Part shown: positions 40,446-54,390 of the stretch, piece by piece
Position numbering within the stretch: the stretch's first letter is position 1
Layout: every line of letters begins with the position of its first letter
Assembly (NCBI GenBank): GCA_002633005.1
Contig: NMRA01000361.1
Span: 335,344-399,343 of the forward strand
Direction: 5' to 3'
Source of the DNA: Phoronis australis
Taxonomy: Eukaryota; Animalia; Phoronida
DNA length: 64,000 bases
The notes under the pieces: model-generated
The model's input: only the letters and a program-made list of their open reading frames with translations
Told to the model about the DNA's origin: nothing
The model's database searches: none
Made by a program: the position numbers and the translations under genes

Positions 40446-40890
40446 GGTTCACAAGAGTGGCGAAAACGCTATCGTTTTAGCCAGACAGACGAACTGCCCC
40501 CGAAGGCGTAATTTTCGCTAGCCGTTAGTTTGTTTCCTCACCACTCGAGACGCCGCAGCGGAGTTTGGTGTAAAAACACGTTCACACTGTGATGTGACGG
40601 CAGAACAGAGGCCTCTTATCCCTGCACATGTGTGTCATTTGAAGTAAGCGGCCTGCCAAAAAGTGCTGGCGAAGACTCTAGTAGTTTCGGTGGTAGCTCA
40701 AACCTCCGCAAAGCGCCAGCAAAAGTGACCTTGCGATCGTTCACATTACTTTCGCTTTTGCTGCTGTTTTCGCTAGACTTTCTATCATAACATCAGAGTG
40801 TGAATTGAGTACAATTGCCAAGTGGTTGGTGAGGAAACAAACTAATGCTGGTGAAAACTATCCATTCGGGGACAGCTCGTCTGGCGCTGT
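40446..40890. mobile_element. MITE with long imperfect TIRs
   Basis: CAGACGAACTGCCCCCGAA...TTAGTTTGTTTCCTCACCA (~40485-40545) is mirrored by TGGTGAGGAAACAAACTAA...TTCGGGGACAGCTCGTCTGG (~40827-40884). Confidence 0.7.
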
Positions 40891-41482
40891 TTTGAATTTC
40901 GCAGTACTTCCATAATTTTTTATATTTCTCTGAGATGCTTTGTAAATTTGTTGATGACACCCTGGAGATAACGTAAACAATTTGAATGAAATCGGTTGGT
41001 CAATTGCTGAGAAATTGGATCACTTTTTGGAATACCTGATATTTGAGGCAAAGATATGAGCTACGTACGTAGACAACCTCGCTAGTTTTCTTTAATTGGC
41101 AAACACCTAAGAAATTTGCAGCAGACGAAATGGCAAAATAGCCTTGGAACATTTTTAAAAGTTGCAAAGCTTTTTCGTTCCCCCTGGGATGGATGAAACA
41201 GATGTGACCCGAAGAAACGTGCATTTTGCTTTTTCAGTCACCCTGAAAATCAAAACAGTAGTTAGGCTATGGGCTGTACATCTACAGGGTGTATTGCCAC
41301 AGTATGTAGCAATGTGATACTTAACCGCGAGCTCCTGACGCCCTGTTGTCCCAAACTTATAGCGATATTACGTATCGCATGGACGACATATCGCGGTTCT
41401 TCATCAACGCCTTAACAAAGTTTTGTCGCCTTAAGGCTCGGATTAAAATTTACGTACACGTGAATTCGATCGTTTTGATGTA

Positions 41483-43093
41483 TAGTCAGGTTTGTTGTGT
41501 CATTTTGTTGGAATTTTTTGGGGAAAGTGGAAACTATACATTTTTGGAAACCTCATGGAATGACAAATCAGGAAAAACTTGATTCCATTTTTTGGCGGCC
41601 ATCTTGGATTTTCAAAAATGGCGCCTGTAAAATGAATTTTGCCCAATATCTCCCCTTTTGGGTCACTTAGAATGTTGGTTTTTATGGCTACACCTGCATT
41701 TCTCAGGTAAAGGTATTGGAAATTTTAATTTTTGGGTGCCATCTTGGCGGCCATCTTGGATTTTTATGCTGCCATTTTATGGCGTTTTCTCCATGCCCAT
41801 CTTGCAGAGTCTTACTTAGTTTTATCTATTTACGTCATAATAAATGACACAATTCGCAGTCATCCTCTTGGTTTACTCTGCAACATAGCTAGAGGCGTAC
41901 CCCGGGCAACATAGATTACGATAAATTGAGCCTTTTTTGGTCATGGGAGAGGAAGCGGCTCATTGGGATGTCCTTTATGGAAGTCTCATCTCCTATCTGG
42001 TACTGTACTTGACCCTTTCTCTGCCTCCTTTTTTCTCTTGTGGCTTGTTTCAAAGAGTTGTCTTTGTGCGTGTCTATTAAAAACCAGAATGATATCGTCA
42101 TAATCTCTAGTTAAGAAAATCACACGTGCAGTTCTGTGGCTTGGGTGAACACTCATTGCATGTTGTTATTGTTTACATGTTTTTAGGTCTAAAACCTCTC
42201 TTGCAACTTGAGGACTGTCCTGTTCTAAGACGTCTGCTTCGTAAAGTTTCTGAAGAAGGTGGATTCGATTCGGTTTGTCAGTGCATGACAGCATTGCCCC
42301 ACTGGCAGCAAAGATTGCTCTTGGTGTTAGGGTGAATTGATCATAGTGGCTGATAGCATGATTCTGGTCGAAGTTGCCCTGCAGGCTACAACTCCTGTTG
42401 TTCTCGTCATTGATCTTCAGCCTGGTTACTGGCAAGCTTATCTGCCGTCCGACTGTCAAAGGCAAAATGCATTTCCATTGAGTAGAGGAGAACTGGATTC
42501 CAAAGTGAACAGTGGAAATGATAACGAAATCTTCAAAAGATATGTCTCAAATGTCTTTTGAAAAAGATATAGATATACACTGTAAATATACATGCAGGTT
42601 AATCTGCGTTTCTGTGATTCCTTTAAATATTCCCGGGGTTCTTATCTGTTATTAAAATCATTTATATTATATGTATCATTTTAGAAATAGTGTTTTTCAA
42701 TTCCTTACCGCACAAAATGTGGGTGCAGCCATTAAAACTAACATTCTAAGTAACACAAGAGCAGAAATACTGAGCAAAATGTATTTTACGGGCGCCATTT
42801 GTGAAATTTCAAGATGGCCACTAAGATGCCGCCATTAAAATTAAAATTTGCAATTCATTCACCTCAGAACTGCAGGTGTAGCCATAAAAATTAACCTTCT
42901 CAGTGACCCAAGGGCGGATATATTGGGCAAAATCCATTTTACCGGCGTCATTTTTGAAAATCTAAGTTGGCCGCCAAGATGGCCACCGAAAAAATGGAGT
43001 CAATTGTTTTCTGATTCGATATTCCATGAGGTTTCCAAAAATGTATAGCTTCCACTTTCCCCAAAAAATTCCAACGAACATTGAACCTGACCA
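41483..43093 (-). mobile_element. Internally deleted Academ-like DNA transposon
   Basis: TIRs of ~250-300 bp (TAGTCAGGTT...AACCTGACCA) rich in GCCATCTTGG; 3-bp TSD GTA on both sides. Minus-strand transposase remnants FTLTPRAIFAASGAMLSCTDK and DTHKDNSLKQATREKRRQRKGQVQYQIGDETSIKDIPMSRFLSHD, plus a Cys-rich tail. The superfamily is assigned from recalled family traits. Confidence 0.75.
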
Positions 43094-44066
43094 GTATATG
43101 TAATTTGTCATCCTCGTCCTGATAAATGCCCACACGTGCACCAATGTATTATCCAAGTAACTTGCGTCAAAATGACGCTGATTAAACAGCATCTTCAAAG
43201 TTGTAAACTTGTAATTTGTTATACGAAACGCAAGCACTAAGCAACAGCAATCCAACTTTAGTTTTTTTGTGAATTAAAAGGTGGCCTCTTCCTTCTCCTT
43301 TTATTAAATATTTACGCATATTTCAAATTTTTGTACATAATTCTTATACTTACGTATGGGAGATATTCGTGTGTAAAGTAGACATAATATTAAATAACTC
43401 AAAGTTTCCACAGAGTTCAAAATAAGAACAAGGACAGGGTCTCGGCTCACGCTCGGCACCCTCTCATCTGTTTCCTATATAAATCTGAAATGAAAGCAAC
43501 TCTGAACCGTGCCATACGTTTTAATATGTTAAAGAATTCTAAGCATGTTACGTAACACTCGTCAGAAAAATCAGTTTTGGCATAATAATATAAATTTATA
43601 TGACCATATACATGGGATATCCATTTTTGTCTCAACATCTAGACAGCGTTGTGGCATTTTAATCATTTCATCTCGGTCGGGCTGCTGCATTGCTGTACTT
43701 TGACCGAAACCTAACAAAAGTTTATTTGGGTTTAACATGCCCAACGTTACGACTTAGGTGGTAGCCTGGTATCGCCACCAGACAAAAATAGACGCATTAT
43801 TCCTGTTCACCAAATACTAAGTAGCTGGAGCATGTAAACATATTGACAACATGGATGCTTTTTCAGCGAGATTTTTTGCAGAGGTCCGCACAACTTGCAT
43901 GGTGTCTTTTATCAAATAGCGAAACTTTGACCCCACATCTAGTTGTTTACAATGCAGTGCCCACTGTTTGAAATGCCTTGAATAGCCACCGAAAATCAAT
44001 AAATTAAGATTATCTTTTGGTCTACGTGTTTACGTAAACACTACAAAATCATCTGTAAACACTAAA

Positions 44067-44214
44067 CAGGGCGGATCCAGGATTTTAAGTTAGGGGAGGG
44101 GGCAGGGCAGAGTACTAGCCTGGATTTTGCACCCTCGTACTGCCAAATGGAATCTGGGAGAATTTTAACTTGAGGGGGGCATGGTCCCTTGGCCCACCCT
44201 TAAATCCGCCACTG
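44067..44214. mobile_element. Short GGCGGATC-type MITE
   Basis: CAGGGCGGATCCAG ... TAAATCCGCCACTG inverted ends; a related end (CAGTGGCGGATCTAG) occurs at ~22317. Confidence 0.6.
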
Positions 44215-47200
44215 GTAAAACAGGAGAACCCGACGTTTTACTGAGTAAACTAATATATCCCCGGTTCATCGTAGTTCAATCGCACACAAAATTCCACTGC
44301 GCAATACACTTTCTCAAGAATTAAGAACGTCTTCCCTCCTGTACCGTACTCACTCATTCCACCAAACCCAATCGAACTCTTTTTGAAACTCCACAAATAG
44401 GCAATGCAAGCCCCGTCCCCTCTTATTAGAAACATATTTATTTGTGAGATTCAAGTCTTCCCTATTTCATCTTCTAGCCAATTTCATCAAATCTATGTAA
44501 ACGATGTGCAAAGAAGTTGGATGACTCTCTACGCCACGAAAGTTTTCAGAAAAATGTTATTCCAGAAAACATGAAGATATAGCTTGGACACTTTGAGAGC
44601 AAATTTTAAATAAACAACCCGTAAATTTAATAACCGTTACAAAACATGACTGCTTGTTGATATCATTTTAATTTAATTTGTAATTTATTACTCTGCGTTA
44701 CAAATCTTCCTGTTACATTTCTCTCTTCACGTGTTTTCACGTGGCTTGAACACATTATTTTTATGTATATGTTTCAACAAAATCTTATTTCACGTTGGAA
44801 TTGACTAAGGGTGTTGGTTCTTAAAAAGAACGAGTGCACAGGCCTCATGGTAGGCCCATTGCACAAAACACCTGAGGTAAAACTCACGAGATCCCTGTTA
44901 GTGCCAACAACAGGTTCTTCGTGACAGAAGTTTTCAAAACTCCTTTTCTCTTTAAGAAAATGGACAAACTTGTCCATGAGTTGCCATGTATTATATGTCA
45001 GTTGTATGCATGCAATGGTGCCATATATAGAACCTTGCTCCTAGGCAAGAACCAAAATTTTTTGTTGTTATATTTATCCTGTTTTTCCTCCTTTAGTCTG
45101 AGGCATTTTTACCTAATACCGTCGACGAGGAGTTCATAGCTCAGAACGTTCGCTTTTTAAAGAGACATGGAACAAAAAAGTTCGTCAAAAATATCTTTTA
45201 AACAATTCCTGGTGAATGTACCTTCTTGCAACGTCCGCCATATATCATTCACTTCCCTTGTGAGGGAATTTTAAGAATAAAAATCAGAAAATACATGATT
45301 TTTGAAATACGCGTGAAGGAGAACTCTGTAGTCACCACTGAGTTTCTAATCTACCCCCCCCACTTATGATAGATACGCACATGCGCTCACAGTCATTCGA
45401 CTGAGAAGATGATTGCCCTCCGAATCTGAGGTCGACAGTACAGTATGAGCCAGGAACCAGTTCTGGTATAAGGCAAGTCAGTGAAGCAAGCAATTTTCCA
45501 AAAAGAATTCCAAGTTCAATTTAGAGTATATTTGAAAACTACGATACTTTTATAACTTATTTTAAACAGTTATGACTTACATCGATTGCCTCTTAATCGG
45601 ACTGGTTGCTGCTTGCTTTCGCCATTGTTTTGTGTACATCAGAGGTCAAAGGTTACATTTTCCACACAAAGTCATATAAGGGAAATGTGCTTCGCCTATG
45701 TCTTGACATTCCAAATACGGCGACATGCTTTGCCGACGAAGTGGCGAGGAGTTGACAGGTCGTTCTTTTTGAAATTTGAAACTAAAAGAAAAATAATTCA
45801 ACATCAACAACAATTTAAAATCTTTTGAACAAACAGTAAAATACCTGTTAAAAAGATTGAATTCTGTTTCAATGGCAGAGAACCACTTTCAATAATACAA
45901 TTCAGTCTGTTTTTCGCGTTCCAGACCTCTATAACAATTCTGTACAGTATATATTCGTCTTTCCATCCATTTTAAACTGAAAGTTTAGGCAATGGCACGT
46001 ACGTAACTGCCTACACATTTAAACGAAAACTTGACGGTGTTTCTAAAACCTTGTCTACAAAATGGATACTGACAGTTTCAACATTTTCAAGAATATTTAA
46101 TAAAAAACAGCGAGTATTCAAAAAACGGGCATTTATCAGAACTTTTGCGATATGTTTGGAAATACCGCAGTTGGCTGCAGAAATTTTAGTTGCGACATTA
46201 CAATGCGTTGACTTGTCACATTTAATTTTTATAGCGACCGTTTAACACGTCAGCCGCTAGGTGAACAGTGCTATTTATAGTAGCCAGTTAATTACATCAA
46301 AACCTTATTGATGGTATTCTTTCAGTTCCTTTGCAAACAGACAACCTTTTTATATTGTTTTTTTTAATTTTTGGCGAGAGCAAAAAGGAAGAAATATTCA
46401 ATAAGAAGTTTTCAAGACCTCTTGTGAAACTATGCTCACACGAGCGTGGTCTCTGTATATTCATCGTCATCGATTACTGCTTCGGGATGACTCAAAATTT
46501 CCCCTGTAGAAGACCTGAATACGTAACACGACAGCACGATTATTGAACACATCTCAAAATATCTTCTCAGCGTATGAATCCTAGTGCGATTGTAAAAATT
46601 TGAATATGTCAAGGGAACCATAAGTCACAAATAGCCAAAGGTGTCAAAGGCCGAGCGTTTGATATCGTAATGGATGCTGATTTCCATTGATTTGTATTGC
46701 CAGTTGATAGGCACGATCGAGCGCTATGAACTGAGCTCTGTTACTGGGCAGTTCAAGGCCCTGTAGCACATGGGAGGTAGTCGAGGGTGACATACCTTTT
46801 TGCCCGAGGATGGGTACCTGCAGTAAAGCATTACTTTTCCTTCATTTTCATAAAAAATAGTATGCGTTGTCTGCAGATTTTCTTGTATACAGAGAGTATC
46901 GAATATGCGACTAGTAGCGTTTTTGACCAGTTTGACTTGCTTTCTTTCCACAAAAATATAAAAAATCTGTTAATGCACCACGATTAAGTTTTTGTTTTTT
47001 TCCGGTGTCTCCCACTATTTTCCAGGGTTCCCTATTCGTGCCTGTGACGTCAAAATCTAAGGTTAAATGGGTCCCTCGAGACTAAAAATAATCTAACTTC
47101 TAATGTGTAAAATCGTACTCAAAAAAGTGCAATTTCGTTTGTATGCAAAGCTGAAACACTAAAATACATTTTGTGGATTGGTTGAGGAAGCTTTTATTCA

Positions 47201-47653
47201 TGTGTTTCAAGTTAATCTGCTATTTCGTCAAAGGTTTCTGGAATTCTGGAAGTGTTCAGTAATTCTCTTAATATCGTAATAAGATGATAGATAACTTCAG
47301 CTGTAAACTTGATTTTAGTGTTAGCATAATTTACTGTATGTGTAAATAGCGTCTATGCAAAAATAAACCTGTTATTAAATTATTTAGTGAGAAAGTTAAC
47401 AATTACATTGAAAAAGAAAAATATAAATATTGTAAAATGGCGACTGCATAAACCTTGGCGGAAGCAAATGGTCAAGACTCGCGAGAATAAGTGAACTATT
47501 GGAACTTAATAAGGAGTACGTCCAGTATCACGGTACATAGCGACTTGTACGTACGGCGTAAGCTTTCAGCTTCATCAGAACTTAATTGTTAGGCACCTTA
47601 CATTAGAAATTATTGACGATTTTTATAGTGTATAATAGCATATGACTAAATGC

Positions 47654-47994
47654 TGCATTTCGCCCTGTTAATTAGGTAAAAATGAAAAGCGAATAGGGCC
47701 TTTTACTATCATAAAATCTGTCTCATAATAATCCTTGCCGTGACAGGATTCCATTTCCGTTATCACCAAGAACACCAAAACCATCAACCAATCAAGAAAA
47801 CGTCTCAGAGTTTATTATTGCTGAACAACCTAAAATTCTGAATCCAATATGGTGCTTGTACGCATTGCCTGCGATTTGAGTTGGCAACGGAAATAAAATT
47901 CTACCACGATATGATATGTTATGAAATAGGTTTCACGAGAGTAAAATGCTTGTTCGATTTTCGATTTTCAATCAGCTAAACAGGACGAAATGCA
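47654..47994. mobile_element. Degenerate palindromic MITE
   Basis: TGCATTTCGCCCTGTT...ATTTCCGTT is mirrored by AACGGAAAT...AACAGGACGAAATGCA. Confidence 0.6.
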
Positions 47995-50110
47995 ACTTTC
48001 AGAGTGATTTTATTTGAATTCCTTTATTTTCTTCTTCGTCTTTTATACCTCATCAGTTTTCTTCAGTACAAGTCCTGCAAGCTCTGTAAAAGGTCAATTT
48101 CCCAGCCCGTACACTGTGTAATTATCGGCGATCATCACTAGTAAATTGGTTAGTATTTGTCATCAACTATTGACGAAATGCTACATTCAAGACGTTTGTA
48201 TAGTAATGAGATGGTTCGAAACAAGTTCTCATTAATGCTATGAATTGTTCAAATTATGCATGGCATTCGCAGAACAGAAGTAAGAAAAATGCGTCGATCA
48301 TAGCCTCACAAAGCAACTTTGATTTTAGAATATGAAAAGACAATGAGATGGATCAGCACATTACTGTCGCTCATATTCGTGAATGGATGGATTCGCTGCC
48401 GTCCGAGCTCGCGGAATTAGAAGGATTCGTGAATAACGACAACGCTGAAATACATTTTGTATATTTGTACTAAGCTAAAACTTGACCTGCAGTAGATTAT
48501 TATTGTAGTATTACCGTCCCTCAGTCGAATGACCAAGTTTTTCCATGCGGCTAACTGGCCGAGACAAACATAAAACCAATACAAAAAAATAAATTCTTAG
48601 CATTTGTACTTGCATTGCATTTGTATTTGAGTACATTCCCATCTGTTAAGATTCCTGGGCTATCCAAGACAGGTCATTTTCATAGAACAACCCATCATAA
48701 CTCCGATACATTTCTATTCTTTAAGTACTTCATCATTTCTTTAAGACTTATTCATTTATCCCGAGTCAAGTTTGAGTACCCCGGTCATGAGATTCACCTG
48801 AACACTAAAAAAATACATCAATTCAGTTTTAGAAAAGGTCTCCATAACACAAGCTACATACATATACATGTCATAACGTAAGGAAACACCGACACCTACT
48901 GTGAACGGTTGACTTTTTCTTGGAAAGTCCTACAAACGAGCCTCTAAATGGGTGGGTATCATAATTTGCCAGGCACACCCCAATGCGCATCCCGCGCTCT
49001 TACTCCTAAGTTCATGACTATTTATCCAGTTAACACACTGAAACGAGGCCACGTTGAAAGTCTTGTGATTTATTGCCCAACAAAGTGAAATTGCTGTGTT
49101 ATTATGAAACAATTAAGTTGCCATTCAAAAATTGTTTTAAACTTTGAAAAAGATTTAAAATTAATAAATCAAAATTGACGTGGAAGAAAACAAGCCCATC
49201 TTTGAATCTCAGTGTTCAGAAATATTGCTAGCTTTTAAAAAATAGGTGTCCTAAAAGGTGAAATTACCCTGTGTTTTAGAGTCAACTGTTCTTTTACGCA
49301 ATGGCTATCGTGGTTCGAATCACCCAATGGACTATGAGCCTGGATGCTTCTATTAATTGTCCCATTTTGTGCAGGGTCTTACCTTGAGAGCGTGCCTGGA
49401 CGATGTGTCTATATCGAGGGCCTTCAAAGAGGACACCGGCGCTATGGAAAACGCCTTTTTGAATTTACTGTGTCTCGCACGTGCAAAAAACTACACACTT
49501 AAATTTTGGCAATAGCTCTGTGCGAAAACCGCCCCTTTTGTGGACGATGTTGGTATGCCCAAGACAAGTCAAGTGGTCATCACAAATATAAGATCGGCGC
49601 TAAATACAACTGGGCGTGCATAAAACTACTTACGGTAACATCGAGCACTTCTTACTAATCAACGATACGGAGACAATTGCTCATGCTAAACCCCTCCCTT
49701 TCAATCAGAGCGTCGACCAACAATGGCTGGGACTTGATGATGATTGCCAGTTGAATTCTTGCCGTTAACTTGCGACCACAAAACAACAGCAAAGTCCCTT
49801 GTTTGACCTCACTTCGACAGGGTAGTCTCAGGTGAACTCGGAGGCTGACCTTGGGGGGATGCGCTATAAAGAGTTGACCATTGGTCAGAGCAGCATTCCG
49901 TTTTGAGTGTTTTCGCATTTGCTGTAGCAAAGTGTCCAGTGATTGCTACCTCGACGTTTCCCGGCAATACAAGTCTAACTATTTTCTTTATTTTCATATA
50001 TCGTGTATCACGGAATGTAAACTTTGATTTTACGCCTCTTGTGTTCACTACGCAACACAAAATATCGCTTGAAACGAATTATCATAGAGTGCGTGATTTA
50101 TGGTAAAAAT

Positions 50111-50351
50111 ATGACGAAGCAAGTGGTTGATCCAGCAACGGCTAAAGAAGCCGAAGCGAATGAGAGCAAAAACTCTCTGGCCGTGGCAAATGGTAAGGAG
50201 ACAATGTTGTCGGATGAGGATTTCATAGGAGCTACAGTGCATCGAGAACATTGGGGGAAGAAAATTGACTTTCTACTGTCAGTTATCGGCTTTGCTGTGG
50301 ACCTGGGCAACGTGTGGAGATTCCCGTATATCTGTTATGCCAATGGAGGTG
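50111..50351 (+). CDS. SLC6A4: Sodium-dependent serotonin transporter-like (SLC6 monoamine clade), coding exon 1
   Basis: MTKQVV...[36 protein letters not shown]. The TM1 Asp marks the monoamine clade, and [13 protein letters not shown] is SERT-type (DAT/NET have DLANVWRFPYLCY); gtaaga donor. Confidence 0.9.
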
Positions 50352-52129
50352 GTAAGATACGTTTGAAATGCTTTTATCGTGCCCAGATACTCTTTAAAAC
50401 TAGTCACAGCCAAACAAATTAGTAACATAACAATCGCCGGAATAACGAGGTAGTTTACTTCTTTGTGAGATGAAAAAACTGTTTTTTTCCAACAACTAAC
50501 GCGTGACATTCTCACTGTATCATGAAGTTATTTAGGAATGTTTTTAGAAGTGTGTTTGAACATTTGAACGATTTATCCAGGAGTGCGCCTCTTTCGTATT
50601 TTACTATCACTGTACTAAACCAGGAAAATTTTATGCTGATGTTTGATGTCATCTTACAAAACTCCTTTCGTCAGATGTGACTGGATAGTTTGAGACGTCA
50701 ACGCTCAATATTTAGAGGCGATGTGTCAAATCAAGTTTTGATTGTTGAAAAACAGACACATTTTTATGAATTATTTTTTATCCTTGCAGTCAATGAATGA
50801 CACGGGCACAAGCGTACCCCTGAGACATGCTTTAGATCGTACAGCAACGTATTACTTATGTAGTAGGCTATACATGTATGTTGTAAAGAAAGTGTGTTGA
50901 AAAAAAACTCGATTTTCGTCAATCTTTTCTATATTTTGTAATCGCTAAGCGATAAATTTAAGTTCACGGGTGAATTATAATATAAAAAGTTTCAGAGAAA
51001 CGTCTACAGTAGGTAGTGTCGATCAATTCTACATACGGTCGTATTCGTCATTGTGCAAGTCAAATGATAGGTCCATCAACCCTATCCGTTACGAAGAATT
51101 CGCAGAATTTCAAAGATTGTTAAATAATTTCAGTGTTCTTTCACTCTAATTTGGAAAAATGTTTGCAACAATATATACGCTAAACCTTTTGAAATTGGTG
51201 TAACGACTGTCATGCCCTGCCAACGGTGGCGAAGCATGGTGGAATGAGTAAATATTTAATAGTATTTTCAACTACCGTACATTTGGCGCAAATGTTCGCA
51301 CTTGTTCAGAGCGTTAATTTTCAAAACTGCTGCGCCTCTTTTATACCCTCTTTTATACAAAACAAAACACAATCCATGTTTAACAAAGAAGTAACCTATT
51401 TTTGGCAAATGGCGTTTTTTTCCCGATAACCTTACACCCACAGTCGCCTGGAGTCGTTCTCATGCCGACCAGGGTCAAGACGAACATTTTTAGATTTATG
51501 TATTGCAATTACAAAATGTTTTCTTCTAAAGAAAATAAGCGACACTGGTTAAAAACAATTAAATTAGATAAGTGTCCGAGATGTATGCAGCTGAAGTCAA
51601 ACCATTCCTTCAAACGCTAGATACCTTAGCATACACGCGTAATGGCTTCGACGGGTTTTTCCAGGTGAACTGGAATGGAATAGAAGTGATAATTTTCATT
51701 GAATGATTAAAGCTATCAAATCAAAAAAGAATAATCTATGATAACTACGACTGATTCATGAAAGGGGATTAAGGTACATCAAATAAACCAGGTGAATGGC
51801 CAGCATTCATGTACAGGGGACATAAAACAATGCCAGGCATTGCTTTAAAGTCATTTCAGCTCCTCGCTCCAAAAACGTTTTTCTTGACAAATGCCCCATT
51901 TGTTATCAACTACGCACGTTTTTACTGAAACCATTAAATAATCCACTGCCAGCAGATCAGATGTGTTTGTGTATTTAAACAGTTGATAACACGAATTTAC
52001 AAACGAACTTTAATTAACCTGACCTCGAATTCAGTTTATTAACAGTAAAAATAAACAACGACAACGAGAAATTATATCCAGGGTAGCAGTAAATGACCAA
52101 AGACCACATGTACTACTACAGGGTGTCAC

Positions 52130-53405
52130 CGATGACGCTCTAGTTGAATAATCTCATGAAAGTTGGCAGAGGTACTTTACTGGAGCAGTCAAAGAATGAC
52201 GATGATTTTCGGACGGATCCGGCAACCACAGAGCCCTCTAGTAGCAGTTTCAGTATTTTGCGTGTGCCTCTGTATCTTCAGAGCTCCTTGACAGATTTTC
52301 ATGAAATTTCTATGCAAAGAGACGACAATGTCTTCCCATTCTCGGGTGGATTCGATGAATTCTGTGCCACGTAGTGGCCATTTTTATTACTTACGAGCCT
52401 GTTTTTTGTATATACTTGTTAAATCGCTGAAGATGATTATGAAAATTGACAAATATGTTTCTGCTAAGCCGACCACGATTGACTTTGATGTTTGAAGGGG
52501 TCCAATTACAGTGGCGTCCCCTAGTGACAATTTTGTTTGTTTGCGTCCACAATAGTATATCCTGAATTCTTAACAGGGCCTTTATGAAATTTGGAAAATG
52601 TTTTTCTACCATGAATGTGGCAACACATGACAACGACTTTCGGACGGACCTGATACCATTGTGTCCTCTAGTGGCAGTTTTAGTTTCTTAATTTTTTTCG
52701 GTATCCAAGTAATTGGCATATATCAATAAAGCATAAAAATATTTCCAGGTGATCAGTGCAATGGGCCCACATGCGAGGCCTACACACGTATGATACAACG
52801 TGTATCAGACCGCCTGCAATTATTTTTTTAAAGTACTTGGCAGATTTTCATGAAATTTGGCACATAGGATTTCACTAAGGAGAAGGCAATATCCTTTTAT
52901 TTTCGGACAGTTTAGACGTACTCTGCTCCACTTAGCGGCCCTTTCGGTTATTTTTGAATTTATTTATGGCGATGGCAGATTCCTAGTGTCAAGTGCACGA
53001 CTGACGTTGTTCGAACGACGTTGTTTGACTACTTTCGTGACCTCTAGTAGCATTTTTGCATACACGGCTGCATATCCTAGACCCTTTGTGGGGTCTTTTG
53101 AAATTTGACAGGTATACTTCTATGAACGAGACAACATTGGTGACAACTATTTTGGGGCGGACCCGACTACTGTTGTGCCTCCTAGTGGCAAGTTTAAAAA
53201 CTTTTAGGTTTGCCTTTATATCTTCGGAGTGGCTTACGGATTTTCATGAAATTTGGCGTTCCACGACACCTTTCCGTTTCGGACAAGTTCCACGTATTTT
53301 GCGCCATCTACTAACCATTATTATGGTACTAGTTAGCAACCACTAGAAGCATACCATTTGTTGTGCCGTCATGGGCGCATTTCAATACCTTGCGGTAGTT
53401 AGTTT
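52130..53405. mobile_element. Helentron/HINE-like element, more diverged copy (SERT intron 1)
   Basis: Same CTAGTGGC-type units and TTTTCATGAAATTTGG blocks as the other two copies; 3' end CCATTTG...TGGGCGCATTTCAAT as at ~37460-37495. Confidence 0.68.
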
Positions 53406-54390
53406 GGAGGAAATGCCCCCTTGACAATTCAGCGACCAATTCCTACATTTTAATTCTTTCGTAAAAACAAACGTAATCATTGCTTAGAAGCAAGCGACTG
53501 CAATCCTTTAGTGTACTTTTTGTTGTGAAAAGTCAATTCTAATAAATAAACACATTTTTATGGTATATCGAATTTGTTAAAAGATAAAGCGGATTAAGAG
53601 GGTTCTCTTCTACGGACACGACCAAAAAGCAAACGGCTTATCGTTTTTAGGGACGTCGCGAACATTTTCCTTCGTATCTTGTGGTTGCCCCTCCTTCACG
53701 AGAACCTATCAGTCCGTCAGTGAGTTAATCGTTGGTAACAAAAAAATTATTGCAGCGACATTTTGAGATAAGATTTAATGAAGTCTAAACTACTGAAACG
53801 AAGGAAAGATGTGTGGGTGACGATAATTTGATTTAGTCACACTGCAGGAGACTTGGGCACTACCTACTTCCAAAGCTTCAAAAAAAAAAAGAAAGAAACA
53901 CGTTCTATGTTCTTTCTCATTTAAACTATGTTTCAAAATTTCCGATAACCCCATTTTGATGTTGGGTTTACTAGTATAAAATCAAAATGTTACAGCGACA
54001 GTTTGGTTAGCAATGAACAGTCTTTGATAGATTTGGGCATGAAAATCCAACACTTCAAACGCAACACCTCGGGTATTTTCCAATTATGGAAATACACGAG
54101 GTGTTCCGGATGAGGTGAGTTTATATTCTGTATCATTCGGAACACATCTGGTAAACAAAAGCACTTATCATAGAAAATAATAGGTTTTGGCGTGCAAGTC
54201 CAGCTAATTTAGGATTATACTTCCCTATATTTGGAAGCCCAGACACCAGAAAATAACTAACTCTTATAGCTATTATCTTGAAGGAAATTATGGTGCTATG
54301 TTGCATACCAATGTACAACCATCATTAATCCTTTATTCACATTGTGAAACACTTGACAAATTTATATCTTTTACTACGATCCTTTTGTAG

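Noticed and set aside
45360-45480. Possible non-coding SERT first exon ending in a GC donor (AAG|GCAAGT)
   Set aside because: Motif-only evidence 4.6 kb from the CDS; it cannot be told from chance without transcripts.
49300-49620. GGTTCGAATC B-box suggesting a tRNA gene
   Set aside because: No cloverleaf or A-box could be formed. At most it is a decayed tRNA-derived SINE, too weak to call.
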